A stretch of 64,000 bases of DNA, taken from assembly GCA_964588165.1 (NCBI GenBank), contig CAZPMS010000005.1:3411-67410 (forward strand), in the 5' to 3' direction. Below the pieces are notes generated by a model. That model ran no database searches. It was not told the DNA's origin and saw only the letters and a program-made list of their open reading frames with translations. The position numbers and the translations under genes were made by a program. This stretch comes from an uncultured Gammaproteobacteria bacterium (GTDB lineage: Bacteria > Patescibacteriota > Patescibacteriia > UBA1558 > UBA10009). Within the stretch, counting starts at the first letter, position 1. Each line of letters opens with the position of its first letter. Of the stretch, positions 17,481 through 29,212 are shown piece by piece.

Positions 17481-18773
17481 ATGAAAGAATTAATTAAAAA
17501 AATGTTACCGCCGTTTATCTTGAGCTGGTATCACAAAATACTGGCTCTTTTAGCTATGGCTGTTTATAGTAATCCATCAAATAAACTTATAGTTATTGGC
17601 GTAACCGGCACCAATGGTAAATCATCAGTAGTTAATTTAATTGGTGATGTTTTGGAGAAAACCGGCTACAAAGTTGCCTGGAGCTCTACTGTTAACTTTA
17701 AAATAGCCGGTAAGGATTGGCTGAATAATAAAAAGATGACCATGTTGGGCCGGTTCCAAACCCAAAAATTTTTAAAGCAGGCTGTCCAGGTAGAATGTAA
17801 ATATGCTGTTATAGAAACTTCTTCCGAAGGCATAAAGCAGTTTAGGCACCTGGGTATTAATTATGATATTGCCGTTTTTACCAACTTAACTCCGGAACAT
17901 ATAGAATCACACGGCGGATTTGATAATTATAAAAAAGCTAAAGGAGAACTTTTCAAACATCTAACTTCCAAAACTAAAAAAACCATTAGTGGTAAACAAA
18001 TTGATAAAGTTATTGTTGCCAATAATGACGATGAATATGCCCAATACTTTTTAAACTTTAAAGCAGATAAAAAAATTACCTTCTCTATTGATCAGCATTC
18101 TGACTTTAAGGCTACTGATGTAAAGCTTGAATCCAATGGTTCATGGTTCATGGTTCATGGTTCATCATTTAAAACCAATCTCTTGGGTAAAGTAAATATC
18201 TATAATTACTTGGCAGCCATTGCCGTAGCAAAAAGCCAAAACATTGATGATAAAAAAATTAAACAAGCCCTGCTGACATATCAAGGTATACCTGGACGGT
18301 TTGAGTTTATAAAAACTGACCAAGGCTTTAAAGTAATGGTAGATTATGCACCTGAACCGGAATCATTAAAACAACTTTATAATACTTTAAAAATATTTAA
18401 CTTTAATAAAATAATTCATGTATTGGGTTCTTGCGGCGGCGGACGTGATGTAAGCCGGCAACCTGTTTTAGGAAAAATGGCTGCTGAAAATTCTGATTAT
18501 GTAATTATAACCAACGAAGACCCCTACGATGATGATCCTCAAAAAATAATTGATAACGTAGCCACAGGCGCTGAAGCCAACGGCAAAACTTTAGATAAAG
18601 ATTTATTTAAAATTTTAGACAGACACGAAGCCATTAAAAAAGCTTTATCACTTGCAACTGATGACGACTTGGTTTTAATAACTGGCAAAGGTTCAGAACA
18701 ATACATTTGTGTAGCTGGCAACAAAAAAATCCCCTGGGATGACAGAGAGGTGGTTAGAAAGTTGTTAAAATAA
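17481..18773 (+). CDS. murE: Mur ligase family protein, MurE-like (UDP-N-acetylmuramoyl-tripeptide synthetase)
   Basis: 430 aa with the P-loop VIGVTGTNGKSS and the middle and C-terminal Mur ligase domains. Contains an in-frame (tggttca)x4 repeat. Confidence 0.75.
   Translation: MKELIKKMLPPFILSWYHKILALLAMAVYSNPSNKLIVIGVTGTNGKSSVVNLIGDVLEKTGYKVAWSSTVNFKIAGKDWLNNKKMTMLGRFQTQKFLKQAVQVECKYAVIETSSEGIKQFRHLGINYDIAVFTNLTPEHIESHGGFDNYKKAKGELFKHLTSKTKKTISGKQIDKVIVANNDDEYAQYFLNFKADKKITFSIDQHSDFKATDVKLESNGSWFMVHGSSFKTNLLGKVNIYNYLAAIAVAKSQNIDDKKIKQALLTYQGIPGRFEFIKTDQGFKVMVDYAPEPESLKQLYNTLKIFNFNKIIHVLGSCGGGRDVSRQPVLGKMAAENSDYVIITNEDPYDDDPQKIIDNVATGAEANGKTLDKDLFKILDRHEAIKKALSLATDDDLVLITGKGSEQYICVAGNKKIPWDDREVVRKLLK
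18137..18164. repeat. Heptamer tandem repeat (tggttca)x4 inside murE. Encodes GSWFMVHGSS.
   Basis: Seen directly. The same heptamer is repeated at 39311-39329 and once more at 39862-39876 inside the O-antigen ligase gene. Confidence 0.8.
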
Positions 18774-18784
18774 AATAAATATAT

Positions 18785-19435
18785 TTATTAAAACAGGGTC
18801 AATTAATTTGATTCTGTTTTATGTCTAAGAAAAATTATGATCAATTTTATCGTCAATCCCATAGATTAAAAGGATTTGATTATTCTTCACCTGGTTTTTA
18901 TTTTGTAACAATTTGCACAAATGGTCGTTTAAATTTTTTTGGTCAAATCAATAAAAACAAAATTAAATATTTTAAAATAGGTTTAGTTGCCAAAAAATTT
19001 TGGTTAGAAATCCCAAATCATTATCCATTTATCAAATTAGATGAATTTATTGTAATGCCTAACCATATTCATGGAATTATTGTTATTGGTAAATCAAACA
19101 ACGTAGCGACGTGCAATTGCCCGTCGCTACAAATTAATCCAAAAATGGATTTACGGCATTACAATAAATTTTATAAAACACAATCTAAAAACCTATCAGC
19201 CATTATTCGTGGTTATAAATCATCTGTAAAAAAATACGCTAACGTGAATAATTTGGAATTTAACTGGCAATCAAGATTTTACGACAGGATAATTAGAAAT
19301 GAGGAAGAATTATATAAAATTCAACAATACATAATAGATAATCCAATCAATTGGAAAAATGATAGAAATAATATAAATAAATAGCTGCCTGCACCGTACC
19401 AGTAAACGAAGTGAACTTGGTGCGGTGTGGATAAC
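18785..19435 (+). mobile_element. Putative IS200-like element (Y1 transposase gene flanked by subterminal hairpins rather than terminal inverted repeats)
   Basis: Left hairpin AAAACAG-N17-CTGTTTT at 18787-18817. Right GC-rich hairpin CACCGTACCA-N16-TGGTGCGGTG at 19394-19432. The IS200/IS605 family is known to use hairpin ends. The boundaries are inferred, not proven. Confidence 0.35.
18821..19384 (+). CDS. IS200/IS605-family Y1 (HUH) transposase-like protein (TnpA / RAYT-like)
   Basis: 187 aa with the HUH motif (MPNHIHGIIVIG) and a C-terminal ...SRFYDRIIRNEEELYKIQQYIIDNP block typical of the Y1_Tnp (IS200-like) domain. Confidence 0.7.
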   Translation: MSKKNYDQFYRQSHRLKGFDYSSPGFYFVTICTNGRLNFFGQINKNKIKYFKIGLVAKKFWLEIPNHYPFIKLDEFIVMPNHIHGIIVIGKSNNVATCNCPSLQINPKMDLRHYNKFYKTQSKNLSAIIRGYKSSVKKYANVNNLEFNWQSRFYDRIIRNEEELYKIQQYIIDNPINWKNDRNNINK

Positions 19436-19510
19436 TTCCTTAATAACCACCTATTTAAGCCTCAAAATCTCCTATTTTTAGCCAAATCGGTCTAAAAAAC
19501 CATAATTTTC

Positions 19511-19540
19511 TTGACAAAACAATTTCAATATATCTATAAT
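19511..19540 (+). promoter_or_regulatory. rpoB promoter P1 (TTGACA-18 nt-TATAAT)
   Basis: Consensus hexamers, seen directly. Confidence 0.5.
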
Positions 19541-19585
19541 ATTTTGGCTAAGATAAGCCATTTTTTTAATTATTGCTAAAAATCC

Positions 19586-19614
19586 TTGACAAAAACTTAT
19601 TTTTGATGTATCAT
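19586..19614 (+). promoter_or_regulatory. rpoB promoter P2 (TTGACA-17 nt-TATCAT)
   Basis: Consensus -35 with a good -10, about 110 nt upstream of the rpoB ATG. Confidence 0.5.
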
Positions 19615-19660
19615 CTGCCTATGTTTAGTACTCTAGCTGTGTAAAACAGCACATAAATTA

Positions 19661-19690
19661 CCCTTTCAAAAGCCAAAGGGTTATATTTTT
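19661..19690 (+). promoter_or_regulatory. Hairpin plus T-rich tract in the rpoB leader (cccttt-caaaagcc-aaaggg ttatattttt). Possible attenuator.
   Basis: 6-bp stem followed by a U-rich run, lying between the promoters and the rpoB start. Confidence 0.25.
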
Positions 19691-19721
19691 GTCTAATTTT
19701 AATCCACTTTTTTCATAATTT

Positions 19722-22700
19722 ATGCCTCACATCGCCCCGGAGCGCAAATATTTTACTGAGTCAAAAAGAGCCATCCCCTTACCTGACCTTATAGAGGTTC
19801 AAAAAAAATCCTATAAATGGTTTTTTGAGACTGGCTTAAAAGAACTCTTTGATGAAATTTCACCAATTAAAGATTTTATCGGCAGGAACCTAGAACTATA
19901 TTTTGACGGCTATTATTTGGATGAGCCAAAATTTGACGAGATAACAGCCAGATCTAAAAATATTACTTACGAAGCGCCACTAAGGGTTAAAACCAGATTG
20001 GTTAACGAAAGAACCGGCGAAGTAAAAGAACAAGAAGTTTATCTTGGTGATTTTCCTTTAATGACCAACCGAGGCACTTTTATTATTAATGGCGTAGAAC
20101 GTGCAGTAGTCTCCCAGCTTATTAGAAGCGCGGGGGTCTTTTTTGCTTCCGAAAATTACAGGGGCAAACGGCTTTATGGCGCCAAAATTATTCCTAACCG
20201 CGGCGCTTGGCTGGAACTGGAAACTGATTCCAACCAAGTTATTTATGTAAAGATAGACCGTAAGAGAAAAATTCCTATTACTTCTTTACTGCGAGCTTTT
20301 GGCATTGCTTCGAATGAAAAAATGATAGAAATGTTTGAAGAATCAGAAACTTTGCCGGATGTTAATTATACCGAAAGCACTTTGGCTAAAGATATAACCA
20401 CAACTGAAGAAGAAGGCTTGATTGAAGTTTACAAAAGAATCAGGCCGGGCGACCTAGCTACTCCAGATAATGCCAAGTCATTAATCTATTCTATGTTCTT
20501 TAATTTTGATAGGTACGATTTTGGCGTAGTGGGCAGATATAAATTAAATAAGAAATTTAACGAAAAGCTTCCTATTAATAAAGAAACTAGAATTTTAAGG
20601 ATAGAAGACTTAACTAAAATTATTAAAGAAATCATCCGTTTAAATATTACCCAAGATCCAGCTGATGATATTGATCACTTGGGCAACAGAAGGGTAAGGG
20701 CAGTGGGCGAACTGGTCCAGAATAAATTCAGGATTGGCTTGGCCAGAATGGAAAGGATTATTAAGGATAGAATGAGTACCATGGATATCCATACTTTAAC
20801 TCCCAACCAGCTTATTAATGCCAGGCCGGTTATCGGTTCCATAAAAGAGTTCTTTATGAGCTCCCAGCTTTCCCAGTTTATGGACCAAACTAATCCTTTG
20901 GCCGAACTTGAACATAAAAGAAGGCTTTCTGCCATGGGCCCAGGCGGACTCTCCCGTGAACGTGCAGGTTTTGAAGTAAGAGACGTCCATAGAACTCACT
21001 ATGGCAGGATCTGCCCTATCGCCACTCCAGAAGGCCCAAACATTGGCTTAGTTGGCCATCTTTCCTGTTATGGAAGAGTTAATGATTACGGCTTTATTGA
21101 AACTCCTTTTAGAAAAGTTCTGCATGATATAGATAATGATCCCAAAATAACTGCCGGTAAAATCGCCAGGCAAGATATTATTGAACCAGAATCAAAACAA
21201 GTATTGGTTAAAGGAGGCGATAAAATTGATGAAAAAAGCGCCAAGGAATTGGCTAAGAACAAAAACATTATTAAAATACCTATTAAGCCGATAGCAACCA
21301 ACGAGATTGAATATTTAGACGCTTTTACCGAAGAACGCTTTACTACCTCAGCAGCTACCGTTCCTTTAAAGGAAGAGGGGTATTTTGTAAATGATTACGC
21401 CGAAATGAGAATCCACGGACGGCCCTCATTTGCTCCGGTTCATAAAATTGATTATTTAGATGTGGCTCCTAACCAAATTATTTCTGTAGCTACCTCTTTA
21501 ATTCCTTTCCTGGAACACGATGATGCCGTTAGAGCTTTAATGGGAACCAATATGCAACGGCAAGCTGTATCTCTAGTTAAGCCAGAAGCTCCAATTATCG
21601 GTACTGGTATGGAAAATAGAGCCGCTAAAGATTCCGGACAAGCAATCGTTGCCGAAGAAGACGGCGAAGTTACCCTGGTGCAGGGAGATAAAGTTGTTAT
21701 CCAGCCAAAAAATGACGATGCCCATGAATATCAATTAGGCAAATTTGTCCGTTCCAATGCCTCTACCTGTATGAATAACCATCCCTTGGTAGATAAAGGT
21801 GAAAAAATTAAAAAAGGCGATATTATTGCCGATGGTGCTGCCACCGATAGAGGAGAGCTGGCTTTGGGGCAAAATGTTTTGGTAGCTTTTATGGCTTGGG
21901 AAGGCGGCAATTACGAAGACGCTATTTTAATCTCCGAAAGGCTGGTCCGAAAAGATAAATTCACTTCTATCCATATTGAAGACTATTCAATTGATGTCAG
22001 GGATACTAAGCTTGGCCCGGAAGTTGTTACACGGGATATTCCAAATGTTTCCGAAGAAAAATTAAAAGATTTAGATGAAGAAGGTGTTATCAGAGTTGGC
22101 GCCAATATTACAGCCGGAGATATTTTAGTGGGCAAAATAACTCCCAAGGGAGAAACCGAACTTTCTGCTGAAGAAAAGTTGCTCCGAGCTATCTTTGGTG
22201 AAAAAGCCAAAGACGTTAGAGACACCTCGCTTTATTTGGAACACGGCGAACACGGCAAGGTTATTGATATTAAAATTTTCTCCAGAAAATCGGGTGATAA
22301 ACTGCCGGCCGGAGTTATTAAAACCATCCAAGTAACAATCGCCCAGCTAAGAAAAATCCAACCCGGCGATAAGTTAGCAGGCAGGCATGGCAATAAGGGT
22401 GTTATTTCCAGAATTGTACCTATAGAAAACATGCCTTTCTTAAAAGATGGTACGCCGGTTGATATTATTTTAAATCCACTTGGCGTTATTTCCAGAATGA
22501 ACTTAGGACAGCTTTTAGAAACTCATTTGGGAATGGCAGCTAAAAAACTAAATTATACTGTAGCCTCCCCGGCTTTAGACGGTGTGCCGGTTGGTGATAT
22601 TAGAAAAGAATTAGATAGAGCTGGCTTCCCAGCAGACGGTAAAATCCAGCTTTATGACGGCCGTACCGGCGAAGCTTTCAATAAAAAAACAACTGTGGGC

Positions 22701-23132
22701 ATTATTTACATGCTTAAGCTTAACCATATGGTTGAAGATAAAATCCACCAAAGGTCTATCGGGCCATACTCCTTGGTAACCCAGCAGCCGCTTGGCGGAA
22801 AAGCCCAGGGTGGTGGCCAACGTTTTGGCGAAATGGAAGTTTGGGCCCTAGAAGCCTATGGCGCAGCCCATACTCTGCAAGAAATTCTGACCATTAAATC
22901 AGACGATGTGCCCGGACGATCCAAGGCTTATGAATCAATTATCAAAGGAGAGCCTATTACTAAATTGAATATCCCCGAATCATTTAATGTTTTAACCAGA
23001 GAACTAAAAGGCCTGTGTTTAGATGTAGAACTTATTAAAGAAAAAAAGCTAAAACCAGAAGTTAAAGCTGATAAAAAGGAAAGTAAGAAAGATAATAAAA
23101 CAGAAAAAGAAAAAGTAAAAAAAGAAAAATAA
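19722..23132 (+). CDS. rpoB: DNA-directed RNA polymerase subunit beta
   Basis: 1136 aa with the conserved RpoB blocks throughout, for example [17 protein letters not shown] and [13 protein letters not shown]. Confidence 0.99.
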   Translation: MPHIAPERKYFTESKRAIPLPDLIEVQKKSYKWFFETGLKELFDEISPIKDFIGRNLELYFDGYYLDEPKFDEITARSKNITYEAPLRVKTRLVNERTGEVKEQEVYLGDFPLMTNRGTFIINGVERAVVSQLIRSAGVFFASENYRGKRLYGAKIIPNRGAWLELETDSNQVIYVKIDRKRKIPITSLLRAFGIASNEKMIEMFEESETLPDVNYTESTLAKDITTTEEEGLIEVYKRIRPGDLATPDNAKSLIYSMFFNFDRYDFGVVGRYKLNKKFNEKLPINKETRILRIEDLTKIIKEIIRLNITQDPADDIDHLGNRRVRAVGELVQNKFRIGLARMERIIKDRMSTMDIHTLTPNQLINARPVIGSIKEFFMSSQLSQFMDQTNPLAELEHKRRLSAMGPGGLSRERAGFEVRDVHRTHYGRICPIATPEGPNIGLVGHLSCYGRVNDYGFIETPFRKVLHDIDNDPKITAGKIARQDIIEPESKQVLVKGGDKIDEKSAKELAKNKNIIKIPIKPIATNEIEYLDAFTEERFTTSAATVPLKEEGYFVNDYAEMRIHGRPSFAPVHKIDYLDVAPNQIISVATSLIPFLEHDDAVRALMGTNMQRQAVSLVKPEAPIIGTGMENRAAKDSGQAIVAEEDGEVTLVQGDKVVIQPKNDDAHEYQLGKFVRSNASTCMNNHPLVDKGEKIKKGDIIADGAATDRGELALGQNVLVAFMAWEGGNYEDAILISERLVRKDKFTSIHIEDYSIDVRDTKLGPEVVTRDIPNVSEEKLKDLDEEGVIRVGANITAGDILVGKITPKGETELSAEEKLLRAIFGEKAKDVRDTSLYLEHGEHGKVIDIKIFSRKSGDKLPAGVIKTIQVTIAQLRKIQPGDKLAGRHGNKGVISRIVPIENMPFLKDGTPVDIILNPLGVISRMNLGQLLETHLGMAAKKLNYTVASPALDGVPVGDIRKELDRAGFPADGKIQLYDGRTGEAFNKKTTVGIIYMLKLNHMVEDKIHQRSIGPYSLVTQQPLGGKAQGGGQRFGEMEVWALEAYGAAHTLQEILTIKSDDVPGRSKAYESIIKGEPITKLNIPESFNVLTRELKGLCLDVELIKEKKLKPEVKADKKESKKDNKTEKEKVKKEK

Positions 23133-23143
23133 ATTAAGATAAT

Positions 23144-23207
23144 AAGAATGCTAGAATGTCAGTTTACTATCGTTCTAACCTCCTAGCATCCTAACCTTCT
23201 ATTAAAT
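23144..23207 (+). promoter_or_regulatory. Conserved promoter/leader module, copy 2, between rpoB and rpoC (extended -10 TGcTAGAAT plus CATCCTAACCTTCT box before the ATG)
   Basis: taAGAATGCTAGAATGTCAGTTTACT...TAGCATCCTAACCTTCTattaaatATG. Compare 16939-17003 and 61314-61395. Confidence 0.5.
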
Positions 23208-26200
23208 ATGCCAAATCCCTCTTCTACAAAAACAACTTTTATGTCCGATTTCTCGGTACCTGCTTTAGAATTTGACGGCATTCGTTTAAAAATCGCTTCG
23301 CCCGAACAAATTCATAAGTGGTCCCATGGTGAAGTTTTAAAGCCGGAAACAATAAACTACCGTACTCAAAAACCTGAAAAAGACGGCTTATTTTGTGAAA
23401 AGATTTTTGGACCCTCCAAAGATTGGGAGTGTTATTGCGGCAAATATAAACGCATTCGTTATAAAGGAATTGTTTGTGATAAGTGCGGGGTAGAAGTTAC
23501 CAGATCAATTGTCAGGCGTGAAAGAATGGGAAATATTGATTTAGCTGCCCCAGTTTCTCATATCTGGTTCCTGCGGGGCATCCCTTCAAAAATAGGCTTG
23601 GTATTGGATTTATCCATTCAAGAACTGGAAAAAATAATTTACTTCGCTTCTTTTATTATTTTAAATGTAGATGAAGAACTAAAAATCCAAACTTTGGAAC
23701 AAATTAAAGGCGAATTAAAAAACAAAAAAAAGGCTGTAGAAAAAGAGTTTGAGCAAAAATTAGATGAACTCAATAAAAAGAAAGCTGAAAGCAAAAAATT
23801 AAATTTTGATAAAGAACTTCAACTTTTAGATGATATTAAAAACGAAAAAATTAAAACATTAGAAACGGCGGCCGACCAGGCTAAAAAAGAATTAAGAGAT
23901 CTAAAACCGTTTAAAATAATTTCAGAAAGTATCTACCAAGATCTATCCTTAAAATATGGCCATGTGTTTGAAGCCGGAATTGGTGCCGAAGCTATCCGCA
24001 AATTACTTACCGATATTAATCTTTCAAAACATGCTAAAGACCTAGACAAGCAAATTGCCGAAGCTATACCTTCTAAAAAGAAAAAGCTAATCAGAAGGGC
24101 CAAGCTGGTTAAAAGCCTGTTGGTTAACAAAATTAGGCCGGAATGGATGATTCTAAATGTGGTACCGGTTATTCCGCCGGATCTTAGGCCAATTGTCCAA
24201 CTGGATGGCGGCCGTTTTGCCACCTCCGACCTTAATGATCTCTATCGCAGAGTAATTAACCGTAATAACCGTCTTAAACGCCTAAAAGAGCTTAAGGCCC
24301 CTGAAGTTATTCAAAGAAATGAAAAAAGGATGCTCCAAGAAGCAGTTGATGCCCTGATAGATAACAGCGCCAGAAGAGGTAAAACAGTTACCGCTTCTAC
24401 CGGACAAAAAAGGATGCTTAGAAGCATCGCTGATATGCTTAAGGGTAAGCAAGGCAGATTTAGGCAAAACTTACTTGGTAAAAGAATCGACTATTCCGGT
24501 CGTAGCGTAATTGTTATCGGACCAAAAATGGGCATGGACCAATGCGGATTGCCCAAAACTATGGCCTTGGAGTTATTTAGACCATTTGTTATCTCCCAAC
24601 TTATTAGCAGAGAAATTGTCCATAACGTTAGAAGTGCCAACCGCTATATTGAGCAAGACCACGAAGAAGTTTGGGATATTTTAGAAGAAATTACCAATAA
24701 ATCACATGTTTTCTTAAACCGGGCGCCTACTTTGCACAGACTAGGCATTCAAGCTTTCCAGCCTATATTAATTGAAGGCAAGGCCATCCAGATCCATCCG
24801 ATGGTTTGCAGGGCTTTTAATGCTGATTTTGACGGCGACCAAATGGCTGTCCATGTACCCATTACCGAAGAAGCCAAAGAAGAAGCTGCCGAAATAATGC
24901 TTTCTACTAAAAACCTACTTAAGCCGGCCACCGGCGAACCGGTAACCACTCCTGACCAAGATATTGTTTGGGGCTGTTATTACCTTACCTTTATAAATCC
25001 CGGACAGGATAAGCCTAAACAACATTTTACTGATGAAAATGAAGCTAAAACCGCCCATGCACTTAAAAAAATCAGGCTTCATGACCGCATTGCCTTGCCT
25101 ATTAACAATAAACTTACCGAGACCACAATCGGTAGAGTTATTTTTAACGAAATTGTCCCTGAAAAACTCAAATTCGTTAACCAAGATATGACCTCTAAAG
25201 ATCTTAAACAGCTGGTTGCAAAATCTTTAGAAATTAATGGCTTTAAAGATTCGGTAAAATTTTTAGACCAGCTTAAAAAATTAGGTTATGAAACAATTAC
25301 TGCTTCTGGCCTTTCTTGGGGCATGAATGATATTCCAACGGTAGACCAAAAACCAGAAATCATTGCCAAGGGAGAAAAACAGGTAGAACAAATCCAAGAA
25401 CAATTTGAACAAGGCTTGCTTACTAATAAAGAACGCTATGTTAAAGTTATAGAAGTTTGGAATGGCATTAAAGATGAAATTACCGAACTTTCCAAAACCT
25501 CTTTTGATACTTCTAGTTCCCTATATTCAATTATTAATTCCGGTGCCAGAGGTTCTTGGGCCCAAATGATTCAGATAATGGGCATGAAAGGCATGGTTAT
25601 TAACCCAGCCGGTGAAATTATTGAGCTGCCGGTTAAAGCTAACTTCCATGAAGGCTTGGATGTGTTAGAATACTTTATTTCTACTCATGGTACCAGAAAA
25701 GGCTTATCAGATACTGCCTTAAGAACAGCCAATGCCGGTTATTTAACCAGAAGGTTAGTTGATGTTTCCCAAGATTTGGTAGTTATCGAAACCGACTGTA
25801 AAGATAAAATAGGCCTCACAATTACTAAAAAAGAGGCTGATGATATGGGAGAAACTTTAGCCAACTTAGCGTGGGGCAGAACTCTAATGGAAGATATAGT
25901 TGATTCTAAAACAAAGAAAGTTATTGTTAAAAAGGGAGAAATTGTTAACCAAGAACATTTAAGACAACTGGAGGGGGTTGAAATAGATTCATCTATACGT
26001 GTCCGTTCGCTAATGACCTGCCAATCTGTTAGGGGTGTTTGCCAAAAATGTTATGGTTTTGATTTAGGCTTTAATAAGCCAGTTGCTATGGGTGTGGCCG
26101 TAGGTATTGTAGCTGCCCAAAGCATTGGTGAACCCGGCACCCAACTTACCATGAGAACCTTCCATACTGGCGGTGTGGCTGGTGCTGATATTACCCAAGG

Positions 26201-27089
26201 CTTACCCAGAGTAGAAGAATTATTTGAAGCACGTCCGCCAAAGAAAAAAGCTATTGTATCTGAAGTTAAAGGTACAGTTATGGTTGATAAAGAAACTCCT
26301 ACTGGAATAAGAGTTCAAAGAATAATTAAAATTAAATATCACGGAGAAATAAAAGAAGATATCCCTTATAACGAAGATTATGATCTATTAATAAAAGACG
26401 GCAAAACCGTTAAAGCCGGTGATTTACTTTTAAAACATAAATCCAAGGAAAATAAAATTGTAAAAGCAGCTTTTGATGGCACAATAAAAGTTGAGGCAGA
26501 TAACCTAAAAATTATCTCTAATGAAGAAGCTCTGCAAGAGGTAATTATTCCACCTGGCTATGCTTTGTGGGTTAAAGATGGTGACTTGGTTATTCCTGGC
26601 CAATCACTTACTGAAGGCAGTATTAATTTACAAGAACTTTATAAATACCAAGGTATACAAGCTGTCCAAAAATATATTATTAAAGAAATTTTGTATATCT
26701 ACTCTTCTCAAGGACAAAGATTAAACGCCAAACATGTTGAAGCAATTGTAAGGCAAATGTTCTCCAGAATTTACCTTAAAGATGCTGGCGATACTGCCTT
26801 ACTGCCTGGTGAAATTGTCACCAGATCCCAATTTATGGAAGAAAATATTAAAGCTAAAGAAAAAGGCGGACAAGAAGCCACAGGCGAATATTTACTTTTG
26901 GGCATTACCAAAGCTTCCCTTACAACCGATAGCTTCCTTTCTGCTGCTTCTTTCCAAGAAACTGCCAGAGTTTTAATTGATGCAGCCATTACCGGTAAAG
27001 TTGACCGGCTAAGAGGGCTTAAAGAAAATGTTATTATCGGCAGGCTTATCCCGGCTGGGACCGGCTACAATATTAAAGAAAAAAAATAA
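23208..27089 (+). CDS. rpoC: DNA-directed RNA polymerase subunit beta'
   Basis: 1293 aa with the catalytic NADFDGD motif, a zinc-binding Cys cluster near the N-terminus and conserved C-terminal blocks. Confidence 0.99.
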   Translation: MPNPSSTKTTFMSDFSVPALEFDGIRLKIASPEQIHKWSHGEVLKPETINYRTQKPEKDGLFCEKIFGPSKDWECYCGKYKRIRYKGIVCDKCGVEVTRSIVRRERMGNIDLAAPVSHIWFLRGIPSKIGLVLDLSIQELEKIIYFASFIILNVDEELKIQTLEQIKGELKNKKKAVEKEFEQKLDELNKKKAESKKLNFDKELQLLDDIKNEKIKTLETAADQAKKELRDLKPFKIISESIYQDLSLKYGHVFEAGIGAEAIRKLLTDINLSKHAKDLDKQIAEAIPSKKKKLIRRAKLVKSLLVNKIRPEWMILNVVPVIPPDLRPIVQLDGGRFATSDLNDLYRRVINRNNRLKRLKELKAPEVIQRNEKRMLQEAVDALIDNSARRGKTVTASTGQKRMLRSIADMLKGKQGRFRQNLLGKRIDYSGRSVIVIGPKMGMDQCGLPKTMALELFRPFVISQLISREIVHNVRSANRYIEQDHEEVWDILEEITNKSHVFLNRAPTLHRLGIQAFQPILIEGKAIQIHPMVCRAFNADFDGDQMAVHVPITEEAKEEAAEIMLSTKNLLKPATGEPVTTPDQDIVWGCYYLTFINPGQDKPKQHFTDENEAKTAHALKKIRLHDRIALPINNKLTETTIGRVIFNEIVPEKLKFVNQDMTSKDLKQLVAKSLEINGFKDSVKFLDQLKKLGYETITASGLSWGMNDIPTVDQKPEIIAKGEKQVEQIQEQFEQGLLTNKERYVKVIEVWNGIKDEITELSKTSFDTSSSLYSIINSGARGSWAQMIQIMGMKGMVINPAGEIIELPVKANFHEGLDVLEYFISTHGTRKGLSDTALRTANAGYLTRRLVDVSQDLVVIETDCKDKIGLTITKKEADDMGETLANLAWGRTLMEDIVDSKTKKVIVKKGEIVNQEHLRQLEGVEIDSSIRVRSLMTCQSVRGVCQKCYGFDLGFNKPVAMGVAVGIVAAQSIGEPGTQLTMRTFHTGGVAGADITQGLPRVEELFEARPPKKKAIVSEVKGTVMVDKETPTGIRVQRIIKIKYHGEIKEDIPYNEDYDLLIKDGKTVKAGDLLLKHKSKENKIVKAAFDGTIKVEADNLKIISNEEALQEVIIPPGYALWVKDGDLVIPGQSLTEGSINLQELYKYQGIQAVQKYIIKEILYIYSSQGQRLNAKHVEAIVRQMFSRIYLKDAGDTALLPGEIVTRSQFMEENIKAKEKGGQEATGEYLLLGITKASLTTDSFLSAASFQETARVLIDAAITGKVDRLRGLKENVIIGRLIPAGTGYNIKEKK

Positions 27090-27111
27090 TCTGCAACTTA
27101 AATAATTAAAA

Positions 27112-27149
27112 CAGCCCCGCCTCTCGCGAGAGGCGGGGCTGTTTTTTAA
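27112..27149 (+). terminator. Strong rho-independent terminator after rpoC (cagccccgcctctc-gcg-agaggcggggctg + T6)
   Basis: Perfect 14-bp GC-rich stem followed by TTTTTT. Confidence 0.85.
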
Positions 27150-27170
27150 ATAATATTGCTGGTCAAAAAT

Positions 27171-28178
27171 TTAATAAGCTGAATCGAAAAAATTCCAGAT
27201 AGTCTTACTTTCTAAATTATACCAAACATGGGTGCCACCAATAATAGTATAAAAAACTACTGGAGCATCGCAACCCTCATAAGTTTTAATAATTACATCA
27301 AAACCTTGAACAGTCTTGTTTTCTGAATTTGAGCCGGTACAATTATTAAATTCGGCAAATAAATCTGCAATTTCTGGAGCCGATAAAGTTTCATCAGTTC
27401 CCATATAAGGTGTAGTAGTATCAGCAGTGCCATGGATATAAACTAAAGGTATTGGTACATAGTTTTCTGGTTCTTGAGAAGCGCTTGGAACTGCGGTTGA
27501 AACTAAGCCGCCGCCATTAAAATATCCAGGTAATTCAGCAATTAATTTCTGAGTCATGCCGCCGCCATTAGAAAACCCGGTTACATAAATTCTACTTTCA
27601 TTGATGGATAAAATAGCTGTTATTTGTTCAACCATGGTTCTAAAAAAAGTTATATCATCAATATTATTGGCAGTGCCATAACCATCTCCCCTGGTGGTAT
27701 TCCACCCTGTTGTCTTATAGCCTGGATCAATTGCTGGAATACGAAAATCCAAATTGGCAGAAAAACTATAGCCTAAAGCCTGCGGATAAACTACAATAAA
27801 ATTGTTTTGGTCAGATTGTTGGGTAAAACCGGACTTCTCATGCATTTTAACAGCTGCTCCGCTTGTACCATGAAGATTAAACAGCAGGGGATAATCTTGG
27901 GCGCTTGAATAATTTTCCGGTAAATGGAGATAAAACAGCCTTTCAATTTCACCGTGATTCATGTCATCAACTAGCATTCTAACCTCAAAAGTTCTCTGTG
28001 CATAAGGAGAAACCGTATAACTGGCGCTGGTAATCTTCCCTGCTCCTTGGCCGCCAAAAAGTGACTCAATTAAAGAATCCCTGCTATAGCCAGGATCAAT
28101 AACATTAAGCATAACCACTAAAGCTATCATGGTAAAAATAGCAATCCCCCCTATTACTAAGTAATTTTTTTGGATCAT
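27171..28178 (-). CDS. Secreted alpha/beta-hydrolase esterase (PHB-depolymerase / LpqC-like family)
   Basis: 335 aa with an N-terminal TM/signal segment, a GxSxG nucleophile elbow (TGFSNGGGMT) and the upstream LHGTSG motif. Confidence 0.55.
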   Translation of the reverse strand: MIQKNYLVIGGIAIFTMIALVVMLNVIDPGYSRDSLIESLFGGQGAGKITSASYTVSPYAQRTFEVRMLVDDMNHGEIERLFYLHLPENYSSAQDYPLLFNLHGTSGAAVKMHEKSGFTQQSDQNNFIVVYPQALGYSFSANLDFRIPAIDPGYKTTGWNTTRGDGYGTANNIDDITFFRTMVEQITAILSINESRIYVTGFSNGGGMTQKLIAELPGYFNGGGLVSTAVPSASQEPENYVPIPLVYIHGTADTTTPYMGTDETLSAPEIADLFAEFNNCTGSNSENKTVQGFDVIIKTYEGCDAPVVFYTIIGGTHVWYNLESKTIWNFFDSAY

Positions 28179-28276
28179 AGTTTATTTATGTTAGTTAGTT
28201 ATTAAAGACTACTTATTAATATAAATACATTTTGCGAATTTTGTAAAGCACATAATAAAATAAATAATTAAAAAAC

Positions 28277-28305
28277 CGACTCTTAAATGAATCGGTTTTA
28301 TGATT
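28277..28305 (-). terminator. Terminator for the orphan gene at 28325-28711 (aaccga-loop-tcggtt, then a T-run on the minus strand)
   Basis: Hairpin immediately 3' of the stop codon on the minus strand. Confidence 0.4.
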
Positions 28306-28324
28306 GAAAAAGAAAATTTTATTA

Positions 28325-28711
28325 CTATCTTTTCTCCTCAGTATTCACTTCAAAAATACTAAAAGCATCAGAGTAGGGCCCCATAAACAAAAAGGCTGTC
28401 TTTGTTTCACCTTCTAGCTTTAAATAGGCTCCAGGACCTTTTACTCCATAAGGTCCATAAGGAGGCGGAAATTGTTTTATTTCAACCTCCATTAACTCCA
28501 CAGTAAAATTGCTTTGTATAGCAACTTCAGCTTTCAACCTTAACAAAGCACTCCGATGAAGCCGGTGGCCATATATTAAAGGATTGATAAGATTAAGATA
28601 TGAGATGGTGGAAAGTTTTTCTGGTGGCAACTCCACTTTAGCCATACAAGCAATAATCTGACCCCACTCGTTAGGGTGTCGCTCAATAAATGCAGAATAG
28701 TCTTGATCCAT
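28325..28711 (-). CDS. Hypothetical protein. Cassette gene 1, GC-richer orphan with a strong SD (AAGGAAGGAG).
   Basis: 128 aa with no recognised domain. Part of three consecutive minus-strand orphan genes, each with its own terminator. Confidence 0.45.
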   Translation of the reverse strand: MDQDYSAFIERHPNEWGQIIACMAKVELPPEKLSTISYLNLINPLIYGHRLHRSALLRLKAEVAIQSNFTVELMEVEIKQFPPPYGPYGVKGPGAYLKLEGETKTAFLFMGPYSDAFSIFEVNTEEKR

Positions 28712-28800
28712 CTTACTTCTCCTTCCTTGACCAACGGCCTTTTATTACAAAGAACTTTTTTCTCTCAAAATCCACTTTTTAAAAATGAACTTTGGAAGAA

Positions 28801-28823
28801 AGGCGAGAATAAATTTCTCGCCT
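28801..28823 (-). terminator. Hairpin aggcgagaa-taaat-ttctcgcct, terminator of cassette gene 2. A paralogous copy lies at 29301-29323.
   Basis: 9-bp stem about 25 nt 3' of the stop codon of the gene at 28848-29195. The hairpin sequence is repeated downstream of the next gene. Confidence 0.45.
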
Positions 28824-28847
28824 CCGGAATGGAAAACGTAGAAAACT

Positions 28848-29195
28848 CTACTGATGTAATCTGGCATGAGCTTGCCTGCCTCGCTCTGTTGGTTGTGTGC
28901 CGCGAAACAGGGTCGCCATACTAACATCTTGCTGACGCATAACATCTATTTGCCTGTCTTGGTCCTCAACAAGCTTTTGAAGCCGAACAACCTTGGCTTC
29001 CAAATCTTTGCGAGATATAACTACAAAAATACCTAAAGGTAAACCTATTACCATCAACGCTATTCCAGCAGTCGCGCAATCTCTCGCAAAATTGACTTCA
29101 TACCCCAGTGTAAAACCTGGAATAATAATCAATAAAAGGCCGATACAAGCTACAGAAAAACAAACTACTTTATCTGATACAGTGCTCCTCTTCAT
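28848..29195 (-). CDS. Hypothetical membrane protein with C-terminal coiled-coil. Cassette gene 2, GC-richer orphan with a strong SD.
   Basis: 115 aa with two TM helices and a charged helical tail (RLQKLVEDQDRQIDVMRQQD). Confidence 0.45.
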   Translation of the reverse strand: MKRSTVSDKVVCFSVACIGLLLIIIPGFTLGYEVNFARDCATAGIALMVIGLPLGIFVVISRKDLEAKVVRLQKLVEDQDRQIDVMRQQDVSMATLFRGTQPTERGRQAHARLHQ

Positions 29196-29212
29196 CTTCC
29201 TATCCCCTTGTT

